Shown: piece after piece, positions 18,370-27,596 of the stretch | How the letters are laid out: the number at the start of each line of letters is the position of its first letter | Position numbering within the stretch: the stretch's first letter is position 1 | Assembly (NCBI GenBank): GCA_015232705.1 | Contig: JADFZD010000001.1 | Coordinates: 1-47,826, forward strand | DNA: 47,826 nucleotides | Reading direction: 5' to 3' | Source of the DNA: Magnetococcales bacterium | GTDB taxonomy: Bacteria; Pseudomonadota; Magnetococcia; Magnetococcales; Magnetaquicoccaceae | The notes under the pieces: generated by a model | The model's input: only the letters and a program-made list of their open reading frames with translations | Database searches by the model: none | Told to the model about the DNA's origin: nothing | Made by a program: the position numbers and the translations under genes

Positions 18370-19554
18370 TCAGTGCTGCTTCTCCATCTTTTTGCCAGCG
18401 GGATTGGTGGCAGAAGGGCTCCAGTCCGTAGCCATGCCGCTCGGTGGCGTGGAAAGAATCCGTTCGCCGACCGACAGACCCGACAGTACGCTGACCGATT
18501 TGTCGTCCACGAAACCGCCCAGACGGATCATGCGCAATTGGGGATCCTCCCCTTTCTGGTCCGGGGCGATCAGCACCGCCGGGAGACTGCCGCGCCAGAT
18601 GACTGCGGATTTGGGTACGATCGGCATGCTCTTCACCGGCGTGGTGACATCCGGAATCATGACCTCGGCGTACATGCCGGGACCGCCAGGGGAATCCTTG
18701 GGCAGATCGAGCTTGACGGTCACCGTATGCCGTTGGGCGTCGGCCATGGGATAGATCTGGGAGACCTTGGTTTCGACGCGAGCTTCGCCGACATCGAGTT
18801 TGGCCGGGATGATCATATCCTTCTGGATGCCTGGCATGAGCCGTGCCGGGATATCCACCTTGACCTGGAGATGACGGGTATCCGCAAAGGTCAGAAGGGG
18901 CATGCCGGGTTGTACGGTATTCCCCTTTTCGATGTGTTTGGCCACGATCACGCCGGAGAAGGGGGCGATCGACTTGGTATCGCGCAGCTTGGCTTCGAGT
19001 TCCTGCAATTTGGCCTGGGCCTGGGTACGGGCTGCGTAGGCTTGATCGATCTGCGAACCCTGATTGTAGATGCGGGCGCGACGGGTGAGTTCGGGGTTGT
19101 CGATGCCGATCATGCTGGACATGGGGCGTGTGACCATGTAGTCCCACATGCGCGGCATGGCCATGCCGGTATTGTCCGCGCCGCCGTAATCCGAGCCACT
19201 GTAGACCTGACGGGTATACTGCACGCGGGAATTCTTCCAGTTGACATCCGCGGATTCGAGTGACGCCTGAGCCGAGCGACGCATGGCCAGGAGATCATCG
19301 TTATCCAGGGCGACCAGGACGGTGCCACTTTTGAACCAGTCACCCTCGACACCGGCGATATATTCGACCCGACCGGGCATCTGCGCGGTGAAGGCGACCT
19401 CCTTGAAGGGGACCACGGTACCGCCCAACGTCGTGGTGGAACCAATCGAGCCGGCTTCGACCATAATGATGTTCCCATTGGCATGCGCCGATGGCGCGGC
19501 CAGGGTCACCATGAACGCGGCGAGAAGCGCGAGGTACGTTTTTTGGTTGGTCAT
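18370..19554 (-). CDS. RND periplasmic adaptor (membrane fusion protein)
   Basis: TAQMPGRVE..G.EGD, IAPFSGVI..K.IE.G..VQPGMPL, PGMYA; signal ending AHA; Met-rich insert inside the helical hairpin. Confidence 0.92.
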   Translation of the reverse strand: MTNQKTYLALLAAFMVTLAAPSAHANGNIIMVEAGSIGSTTTLGGTVVPFKEVAFTAQMPGRVEYIAGVEGDWFKSGTVLVALDNDDLLAMRRSAQASLESADVNWKNSRVQYTRQVYSGSDYGGADNTGMAMPRMWDYMVTRPMSSMIGIDNPELTRRARIYNQGSQIDQAYAARTQAQAKLQELEAKLRDTKSIAPFSGVIVAKHIEKGNTVQPGMPLLTFADTRHLQVKVDIPARLMPGIQKDMIIPAKLDVGEARVETKVSQIYPMADAQRHTVTVKLDLPKDSPGGPGMYAEVMIPDVTTPVKSMPIVPKSAVIWRGSLPAVLIAPDQKGEDPQLRMIRLGGFVDDKSVSVLSGLSVGERILSTPPSGMATDWSPSATNPAGKKMEKQH

Positions 19555-19585
19555 GACGTGCGTGCCCCCTTGACTGACGATGAAG

Positions 19586-19613
19586 ACCCCGGCCTCCGTT
19601 CCGAGGCCGGGGT
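19586..19613. terminator. Strong hairpin between scp2 and the adaptor gene
   Basis: accccggcctc-cgttcc-gaggccggggt; no clear U tract. Confidence 0.5.
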
Positions 19614-19641
19614 GATCAATCTCTCGATATTCGAGAGAGTT

Positions 19642-20037
19642 TTATACCCGTCCCATGACGGTGAACGACTTGATGAACGGGCCGGCCATGCGCGGATCCT
19701 TGATCATCGCGCCATAGTCGCCCACTTCGAACTTGAGCTTGCGGGTGGTATAGGCCATGCCCAGACCCATCATGCCCAGTCCTTTTTCGATCCACTTGTT
19801 CCAACTCTCTTCACTGGCGCGCAGATCCCAGTTCACATCCTCTCCGGCATAGGCGCCACTTTTGACGGCCTTGCCTTCCTCGATCACCAGCACCCCGCGC
19901 GGTGCATCCTCGCCATCGATGCCGTAGGCGATGGTCGAGTTGAAGCCGATTTTGGCCAAGGCATCGGCCAGATCCGGTTCGTTGTTCCATTCCGTCTGAA
20001 AGCGATTCATCCATTGCGCGGAAAACAGATCAGCCAT
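19642..20037 (-). CDS. SCP-2 sterol-carrier-fold protein
   Basis: LFSAQWM..F..EWN, WDLRA..E.W, LGMAYTTRKLKF..GDY..MIKDPRMAGPFIKSF; stand-alone bacterial SCP-2 type. Confidence 0.8.
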   Translation of the reverse strand: MADLFSAQWMNRFQTEWNNEPDLADALAKIGFNSTIAYGIDGEDAPRGVLVIEEGKAVKSGAYAGEDVNWDLRASEESWNKWIEKGLGMMGLGMAYTTRKLKFEVGDYGAMIKDPRMAGPFIKSFTVMGRV

Positions 20038-20284
20038 GTGCGTGGTTCTCCTTTATTTTTCATTAATAGGGCTGGATTGGGGCGGAATGGCACCCGCCTG
20101 GATCCTGGTACAAAATAGCCCTTGATTATAAGAGAATCCTGTTGCGTTCGCCAAATTTTTTTTCCAAGGTCGCTCACGAGAGGCGATCTTCCGGTGAAAT
20201 GGAGGTGGAATCACCTACCCTGCTGGTCGATTTGGCGAAAAGTGACCATCCGCAACCTATGAATCGGCAGGTTGGGGATGGAAC

Positions 20285-21058
20285 TTAAACGATGATACGA
20301 TTTTGGATGCTTTTTACTGCCAAAGGAAAAAAAAGGGCGATGAGCATGAGCAGAGCGGACAGGTGCCAGAGAGGGGATTCGAAAGGCAGACCGGTGGTGA
20401 GCGGACGGATGAGGGCGACCACGTGGGTGAGGGGAAAGAGTTCGGTGGCGAGTTTGAGGGGGAGCGGCAGGGTATCGACGGGGAAGAAGACACCGCAGAA
20501 GAGGAACATGGGAGTAATGATCAAGGTGAAGTAATACATGAAGAAATCATAGTTCGGGGCGAGGGCGGTGATCACCAGGCCCATGGAGCCGAAGGTGATG
20601 CCGGAGAGGAGCACCACGGGGAGGGCGAGCAGGGCGGTGGGTGCGGTGACGGCGCCCATGAGCCAGCCGACGAAAAGAATGGCCGATCCGGAGAGGAGGG
20701 ATTTGGTGGCGGCCCAGCTTACTTCTCCGGCCACGATATCGGGGATCCGCAGCGGGGTGGCGAGCATGGCGTGGAAGGTTTGTTGCCGGGTCATGCGGGT
20801 GAAGCTGTTGTAGATGGACTCGAAGGTGGCGGCATACATGGAGTTGGAGGCGAGGATCCCGGCGGTGAGATAGACCGGGTAGGGGAGGTCGCCCATGGTT
20901 TCGACGTAGCGGCCAAGGCCGAAGCCCATACCGAGTAGATAGAGGAAGGGTTCTCCCAGGTTGCCGATCACGGAGGTGGCGATGTTTTTGCGCCATACCA
21001 GCAGATGGCGCCGCCAGACTTGCACGAAGAGCGGGGAGGGGAGGATCGCGTGTCTCAT
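20285..21058 (-). CDS. nodJ: ABC-2 type permease, NodJ family
   Basis: GNLGEPFLYLLGMGFGLG, ATFES.Y..FTRM, AMLATPL, TPMFLFCGVFFP, PLTH; ATPase partner not adjacent. Confidence 0.85.
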   Translation of the reverse strand: MRHAILPSPLFVQVWRRHLLVWRKNIATSVIGNLGEPFLYLLGMGFGLGRYVETMGDLPYPVYLTAGILASNSMYAATFESIYNSFTRMTRQQTFHAMLATPLRIPDIVAGEVSWAATKSLLSGSAILFVGWLMGAVTAPTALLALPVVLLSGITFGSMGLVITALAPNYDFFMYYFTLIITPMFLFCGVFFPVDTLPLPLKLATELFPLTHVVALIRPLTTGLPFESPLWHLSALLMLIALFFPLAVKSIQNRIIV

Positions 21059-21590
21059 GGGGTGAGGATCATGCCACGAATGCACGCGAAAGGGAACGGC
21101 GGAGCGATGTGCGCCCCACGGTATTCGGATCGGTCAATCGGCATGTTTGGGTGATCGGCGGTGGCGCGAAGTGTCCGGGAGTGACGCGTTCACCTGAGAG
21201 GTTGGTCGGTGATGCCATCCATGATATCGCCGTACCCGGGAAATCCGCAGTCAATTCGAGCGTCGCGCCCCAATTGCTTTACCATGTGGCGTGCCATCCA
21301 TGGTCCGCATCGGCTGTTTGGCAAGTACCAAACAGCCGATGCGAGCGGTTGTTCATGGGTTGAGGTGGGGTGCAAGCGCCTCTTGCCTCGTGGATAGCCG
21401 TTTCAGGACTCTATGGATGGCAGGTATCGGCTGACCGCGCATCAGCCTGTCCGTCAGGTTGCCCGGATAGGGGTTCGATCTACAGGCCCGTCAAAATGCT
21501 TGTCTAAACGGCACAGATGGGTTAAGATGATCATTCCGGTCGGCAAGATATCGTTGTATGTGTGACACGATATCGACCCGCACGGCGCGC

Positions 21591-21680
21591 GGAGGAGTTC
21601 CAGAGCGGTTGAATGGGACGGTCTCGAAAATCGTTGTGGGGGTAACCCCACCCAGGGTTCGAATCCCTGCTCCTCCGCCA
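21591..21680 (+). tRNA. tRNA-Ser(CGA)
   Basis: Acceptor ggaggag/ctcctcc, discriminator G plus encoded CCA, anticodon loop ct-CGA-aa, long variable arm, ggttcgaatcc T loop. Confidence 0.97.
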
Positions 21681-21795
21681 TTTTCTCATTCAGTTTCATA
21701 CAATTCTGTTCAAAATTCCCTTGTAAAATCGACAATTTCCGGATACCCTTTGTTCAACCTCGTTCGTCCCGATTCGCTCAAATTTGCGATTTTAT

Positions 21796-21850
21796 TGTGG
21801 GTACGATTGTGGGTAGGCCATTGTGGGTGGTATTGTAGGTATCGTATAGG
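21796..21850 (+). promoter_or_regulatory. Integrase arm-type direct repeats
   Basis: ttgtgggta, ttgtgggta, ttgtgggtg, ttgtaggta in series upstream of int; related tgtgtgtag / cgtgtgtag pair at ~33235-33255. Confidence 0.6.
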
Positions 21851-21861
21851 GAAACTTGCAA

Positions 21862-23040
21862 ATGCCGAAACTTGCTCCAGGACAACTCACAGCATTAAAA
21901 GTGGCGAAAATCCGCAAAGTTGGCTTGCACGCCGATGGCGGAAATCTTTATCTCCAAGTATCCGGACTGCAAGCAAAATCCTGGATCTTCCGTTTCCGCA
22001 TGACCGGACGTGATCGCACGATGGGCTTAGGAAGCGTGCAGGATGTTCCCCTTGTTGAAGCCAGGGCGCGAGCCACCGAGGCCAGAAGACAGGTTCAGTC
22101 CGGCATCGATCCAATCGACACCCGCCAGCAAGCCCGCCAGCAAGAGGAAGCCAAGCGCACGACTTTCAAGGATTGCGCGGTTGCCTTCATTCAAGCGCAC
22201 AAGGATGGCTGGTCCAATCCCAAGCACATCGCACAATGGACCAGCACACTGACCACCTACGCATTCCCAGCCATTGGAGAGACCCCGATTGCTGAGGTGG
22301 GTACCGATCAGGTTTTGGCGATTCTGGAACCGATCTGGACAGCCAAGGCGGAAACCGCCTCCCGCGTTCGCGGGCGAATCGAAGCCGTCTTGGATTGGGC
22401 TACCGTCCGGCAATACCGGCAAGGCGAGAATCCGGCCAGGTGGAAAGGTCATTTGGATCACCTGTTGCCAGCACGCTCCAAGGTGACCAGGGTCGAGCAT
22501 CACGCCGCACTGCCCTATCGGGAGTTGCCCGGCTTCATGCTGACGTTGCAGGAACAGGATGGGGTTGGCGCGCTGGCCTTGCAGTTCACCATTCTGACCG
22601 CCACCCGCACCAGTGAGACGTTGAACGCAATGTGGCGTGAGATCGACATGGACACGCGGACATGGACAATCCCCGCCGAAAGGATGAAGGCCGACAAGGA
22701 ACACCGTGTCCCTTTGAGCGATTCGGCCATATCGATTTTGCAGCGCATGCGCGAGCGGCGGGAATCGGAATTTGTCTTTCCCGGCAATCGGCGCGGCAAC
22801 CCCCTATCCAACATGACGATGTTGATGACACTGCGCCGCATGGGGCGTGGCGATCTGACCGCGCACGGCTTCCGATCCACCTTCCGCGATTGGGCGGCTG
22901 AACAGACCTCCTATCCGCGCGAGGTGTGTGAAATGGCATTGGCGCATGCCGTTGTCGGTGTGGAAGGAGCTTATCGTCGTGGCGACATGTTCGAGAAACG
23001 TCGCTCACTTATGGAGACGTGGGGGGCGTTTGCACAATGA
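21862..23040 (+). CDS. P4-family tyrosine integrase with arm-binding N-domain
   Basis: DGGNLYL..KSWIFR; catalytic ATRTSE, RMK, HGFR, LAH, AY. Confidence 0.97.
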   Translation: MPKLAPGQLTALKVAKIRKVGLHADGGNLYLQVSGLQAKSWIFRFRMTGRDRTMGLGSVQDVPLVEARARATEARRQVQSGIDPIDTRQQARQQEEAKRTTFKDCAVAFIQAHKDGWSNPKHIAQWTSTLTTYAFPAIGETPIAEVGTDQVLAILEPIWTAKAETASRVRGRIEAVLDWATVRQYRQGENPARWKGHLDHLLPARSKVTRVEHHAALPYRELPGFMLTLQEQDGVGALALQFTILTATRTSETLNAMWREIDMDTRTWTIPAERMKADKEHRVPLSDSAISILQRMRERRESEFVFPGNRRGNPLSNMTMLMTLRRMGRGDLTAHGFRSTFRDWAAEQTSYPREVCEMALAHAVVGVEGAYRRGDMFEKRRSLMETWGAFAQ

Positions 23041-23489
23041 AAGGGTTGAAGTGGCGTTCCCTCCCTCAAATGTTAGACTACCTAATGAAGAATCAGTTTA
23101 GTTTGCCACAACAAAATAGACTTGTAAAAGTTTCAGATCTTTTAGAAAGGAACAGAAATACGGCTATAGATACCATTGAAGACTATCGTAACAACTATAT
23201 TTCGTTTCAGCAATATGAATATAGGATCGAGCTCCTTGGTGAGACAAAGAAAAAAATGCTCGAACTGTCATCAAAGAAGATGAAGGAACTTCTGACCGAC
23301 AAGACGATCATTTGCTTCGGATACGGATCAATAAGTGAGCCGGAAAGAATGATAATTCCTGAACAGCATTGGCCTTTTCTTAATTTTGACTTTGAAAACA
23401 ACAGAGCAATAGGAAACGGTTTGTTTTGGGGAAGTTTAAAATTGATTTATTGTACTAAGTTGTCAGAAAATCAAAAATCTGAAACTTGA
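23037..23489 (+). CDS. Hypothetical AT-rich protein; probable N-half of a frameshifted gene
   Basis: ATGA overlap with the int stop; the next frame is open from 23446. Confidence 0.6.
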   Translation: MKGLKWRSLPQMLDYLMKNQFSLPQQNRLVKVSDLLERNRNTAIDTIEDYRNNYISFQQYEYRIELLGETKKKMLELSSKKMKELLTDKTIICFGYGSISEPERMIIPEQHWPFLNFDFENNRAIGNGLFWGSLKLIYCTKLSENQKSET

Positions 23490-23517
23490 AGAAATAATCA
23501 GAAATACAAAGAAATGG

Positions 23518-23982
23518 ATGCCGCCTGAAAAACAGAGTTCTTCAATTGACCTGATTGGTTCATTGCGTGTCAAATTGGAAACGGATATAAAATCTGTTCC
23601 TGACGAACCGCCAGCCAAGAACATCGCTCAGGACGAACCGCCAACCAAGAACATCGCTCCGGACGACTCGCCAGCAGGGGGCGTTGTTCCAAACGACCCT
23701 TGGGCGTTTCTCCCAAAGCAAGAGCCTGCGCGCGAACATGCAAAAAAGGTCATCAAAAAAGCCGCGCAAATCATCGCAGATGAAGCAAAATACGATCCTA
23801 ACCAACTTCGTCATGGCGGCTCGCTGTCTGCATCAGCAATCGCGAGTATCGCTGACGATGAATCTTTAAACTGGTGGGAACGTCAGGATAGAGAAGACCC
23901 TCCAACGCAACGAAAAATGGCCGAACACATCAGCAAGTGGCTAAAGTCCGGACAACCTGATCCCAAGACGATGCCAATTTAA
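23518..23982 (+). CDS. Hypothetical protein upstream of alpA; probable C-half of a split gene
   Basis: DEPP(A/T)KNIA 30-bp repeats; homologous to 26785-27228 (W.FLPK.EP, LRHG..LSAS.IA, WW, W.K.G.PDPKT). Confidence 0.7.
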   Translation: MPPEKQSSSIDLIGSLRVKLETDIKSVPDEPPAKNIAQDEPPTKNIAPDDSPAGGVVPNDPWAFLPKQEPAREHAKKVIKKAAQIIADEAKYDPNQLRHGGSLSASAIASIADDESLNWWERQDREDPPTQRKMAEHISKWLKSGQPDPKTMPI

Positions 23983-24108
23983 GCAATCTCTAATATTATG
24001 CGCAGCGCGAATTGTTTTTATACGCAGCGCACACAACATTTTGGCCGTACCTCAACCCTGCGAGTCATACTTCTCCTCACGTTCAACGCAAACCGTGAGG
24101 ATTTAAAA

Positions 24109-24354
24109 ATGACCGCACCGATTCAATATCAGCTCCCCGAAACCGGCTTTCTGCGCATTCGACAAATCATCGGCGATCCGCGCGCCAACCCGCCAACCCC
24201 TCCGATTATCCCCGTCAAAGCCACGACCTGGTGGAACGGCTGCAAGAGCGGTCGATTCCCAAAACCCGTTCGCCTTGGACCGAATTCAACCGGTTGGCGC
24301 GTCGAAGATATCCGAAAACTGGTGGAGGATATGTCCGCCGGTGCGGCGCGGTGA
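24109..24354 (+). CDS. alpA: AlpA-family regulator/excisionase
   Basis: LPETGFLRIRQI...IIPVKATTWW.G.KSGRFPKPVRLG..STGWRVEDI. Confidence 0.92.
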   Translation: MTAPIQYQLPETGFLRIRQIIGDPRANPPTPPIIPVKATTWWNGCKSGRFPKPVRLGPNSTGWRVEDIRKLVEDMSAGAAR

Positions 24355-24364
24355 GGGGGAAGCC

Positions 24365-26419
24365 ATGGCCGAAGAACGAAAAAGCCCGGCTGGCGGGCCG
24401 GGCGAGAACTTTCAAACACGCAACCATTTTACCGAAAACACTACAAAAGCACAAGTAAACCTCGCCGATGCACGCAAATTTTTGCAGGCTGTTGGTGGTG
24501 ATGGGCCGTTCTGCTTCCAGTTAATCAACTCAAACGGAGGTCAGATTCTAAAGAGCGTTCCTTTTGACGAACAATGGTCGAACTATATCGCTCAACAGAA
24601 CTTAAAAGGAGATAATGTCTTCGTAACTGTCAACCAAACAGACGGCATAGGACGCAAAACAAGCAATATAACTCGCGTCAGAGCAATTTTTGTTGATCTG
24701 GACGGCGCACCATTCCCGAATAATATTCCACTAACGCCAAGCGTTATTGTTAATAGTTCACCAGGAAAATTTCACATTTACTGGTTTGTTGATGACTTGC
24801 CGCTAGAAGAGTTTAGGGTAATACAAAAAAATATTGCACACATGTTCGATGGTGATCGAATGGTTATCGATCTACCGCGCGTCATGCGTGTTCCAGGGTT
24901 CTTGCACTTAAAGAATGAACCGTTTTGCTCGGAACTACTATACAGCGATCCGACCCGTTACACTGCGGATCAGATACGAAATGCGTTCAGACAACCATTT
25001 CAACCAGAAACGGTTGTTGTTGAAGCGGCTTCAACTGCCGATATTTCGCCATACGCCAGACGCGCGCTTGAATCGGAGGTTGCGCGCGTCCTGACTGCTC
25101 AACAAGGCACCAGAAATGCCACCTTAAACGAAGCGAGCTTCAAACTCGGGTCGCTCGTCGCATCTGGTGCGCTGTCACGAACCATGGTTGAGGTCTCATT
25201 GTTGCGCGCGGCGGCAGGATGCGGCCTACTAGCCATGGAAGCTGGTGCGACGGTCAAAAGTGGCATCGAGAGCGGTCTGCGACACCCGCGCAAGGTGCAC
25301 GAACCACAATACCGCGAGCCTTCGTTCATCGAGATGTTTCCAGATCGGCAACCGTTGAAAGATTACCCGTTTTCCGATCTGGGCAATAGCCAGCGATTGC
25401 TTGAAATGCACGGTCAAGATTTACGGTTCGTCGAACAATGGAAAACGTGGCTCGTTTGGAATGGCAAATGTTGGTCACCAGACCGTAACGGGGAGGTTCA
25501 GCGCCGTGCCATAGCAATGACGGAGGTGTTTCGGCAAGATGAGTTTAAAAATAATGGCATTTACAGCAGAGAATTTAAGTTCGCACAGCGTAGTCAAAAC
25601 CGACCATCAATCGATAATGCAATAACACTCGCTCGAAGCAATCTTATTGTTGCGGCAATTCCAGAACAATTTGACACAAAAAGTTTGTTGCTGAACGTTG
25701 AAAACGGAACAATCGATCTACAGACAATGAAACTCCGAAAACATTGTCGTGACGATATGATTACAAAGACCTTACGCATTCAATATGACAAAAACGCGCA
25801 AAATGCACGATGGTTGCATTTTGTCAATTGGTGTACATGCGGCGATGTTGAACTTGCTCGATTCATTCAAAAAGCAGTCGGATACAGTCTGACAGGCGAA
25901 ACATCCGAACAGATATTGTTCTATCTTTACGGACTTGGCGCAAATGGAAAATCCACATTTATTGAAACGATCTTTCGTTTGCTCGAATCGCTTGCAGAAA
26001 GAATACCTTCCGAAAGCCTGATGTTACAGAAAAGCGGATCTGGTCAATCAAACGATATTGCCGGTCTGGTAGGAAAACGTTTGGTTGTTGCTAATGAAGT
26101 CGGTGAAGGTGTAACGCTCAACGAAAGTCGAGTCAAAGAAATTACCGGCAGCGACATGGTTGCCGCCCGACGACTTTATCAGGAGTTTTTCAACTTCAGG
26201 CCACAATTCAAATTGTGGATCGTTGGGAATCACCGACCAATCATCAAGGGGACCGATCACGGGATCTGGCGGCGGATCCGGATGATCCCCTTCAACGCGC
26301 AAATCGCTGAGGCGGACAAAGATCCGTATCTCCAGAGCCTGTTGCCGAATGGCTCGACAAGGCCACAAATCGGTCGTCTAGCCTCAACCTGTCTTCATCA
26401 GGCTGTTTTTCCCCACTGA
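24365..26419 (+). pseudogene. RepB-type primase + D5-like SF3 helicase (P4-family), C-terminus cut by IS at 26335
   Basis: FVDLDG, SSPGKFHIYW, RVMRVPG primase motifs; SDLGN, W..WNGK.W, LNVENG, GLGANGKST, DHGIWRR; the final ~27 codons are IS-derived. Confidence 0.88.
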
Positions 26420-26785
26420 TGGCGGGAATTCCGCTCTCAGTGAAGCCATTTTCCCCCTTTTCGTCCCATCAGGACGCATTTCGAGTGCAGTTTCTTTAGA
26501 TTGTGCGTGGCAGAGTGCAGATTCCACTCTCCACTGCACAGTTCCAGTCCCCGCAAGCGGAACTCATCCGCTCCCTGGGTTTCTTTCATCTGGCCGAAAA
26601 CCGGTTCCACCGTCTGGCCGCGCTTTTTGTACAGCTCCTTGCCTCGCTTGGTCAAAAGTTTGCGCTCCATCTTCTCTCGGGCCGACAACCCTTTGGGAAT
26701 TCGGCCACGGGGCGCATCCTGATCCTGCATCGCCTGTCGTTGCTTCCAATCCTTGCGCGTGGCAATCAGCAATTCACAATCATAC
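26335..26785 (-). mobile_element. IS1182-family remnant (transposase C-terminus plus right end)
   Basis: Minus strand YKKRGQTVEPVFGQMK..G...FRLRGL...GEW.L....HNLKKL; end sequence attcggcaacaggctc; 5' part missing. Confidence 0.85.
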
Positions 26786-27228
26786 GTCCCCACTTGATCA
26801 TTGTTGAGGCTCTTACAGAGGCGTTTGCGAAGACATCCATCCAAGGTGAACCGCCCGCCACCATCGCGCCAGAGACCACGCCGAAGGCATCCACACAAGA
26901 TGAACCGCCCCAAGAGCCAGCGCCACATGCTCCCTCGTGGGGATTTTTGCCAAAGAATGAACCCTATTGTGTGCGCGTCATCGCGATCTGCCAAGAGGCG
27001 CACAGGCTCCTTGCCCAAGAACAATCCCACGGACTGAATTTGCGCCATGGAAATCAATTGTCAGCCAGCAAAATCGCGAAAGAGCTGGTAGAGCAAAGTG
27101 AATCTTGGTGGGACCAGAGTAAACTTGAGGGCGAAATATACACCCATGTGAAAATATGTGAGTGGGTCAACACATGGATTAAAGAGGGCAAGCCTGACCC
27201 GAAAACGGCACCAAAAAATATTTTATAG
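26785..27228 (+). pseudogene. 5'-truncated paralogue of the 23518-23982 protein
   Basis: DEPPQEP..SWGFLPKNEP...LRHGNQLSASKIA...WW...WIKEGKPDPKT; fused to the IS remnant. Confidence 0.75.
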
Positions 27229-27341
27229 TTAATCAGCAAATATTGAGGGTATTGACCACAGTGAAGACAGTTTTTTGACGTACTAAAGTCGTACAAAGCA
27301 CGCTCTGGCCATCTTCAACCAATTCCATCGAGGATTGAGAA

Positions 27342-27590
27342 ATGGCCAAAATTCTTCGAAACGTGTCACCCACCCATGCACTGTCTGTAGAAGCTTCCCC
27401 GCCACAACAACCTGATCGCATTTTGCGTCGCCGCGAGGTTCAAACACGCGTCGGAACCCCGTGTTCAACGCTGTACAACTGGATCGAGAAAGGGATTTTT
27501 CCGAAACCGATTCAGCTTGGGCCGCGCAACGTTGGGTGGCTGGAATCGACGGTTGCCGCGTGGATCGCCTCGCGCCAGCCTGCTCGGTGA
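27342..27590 (+). CDS. alpA: Second AlpA-family regulator
   Basis: RILRRREVQTRVG..CSTLYNWI.KG.FPKPIQLGPRNVGWLES.V..WI. Confidence 0.92.
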   Translation: MAKILRNVSPTHALSVEASPPQQPDRILRRREVQTRVGTPCSTLYNWIEKGIFPKPIQLGPRNVGWLESTVAAWIASRQPAR

Positions 27591-27596
27591 CCACTC

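Noticed and set aside
26437-27057. 206-aa intact transposase
   Set aside because: Only the C-terminal ~115 aa are transposase-like; the rest is the antisense of the truncated satellite gene
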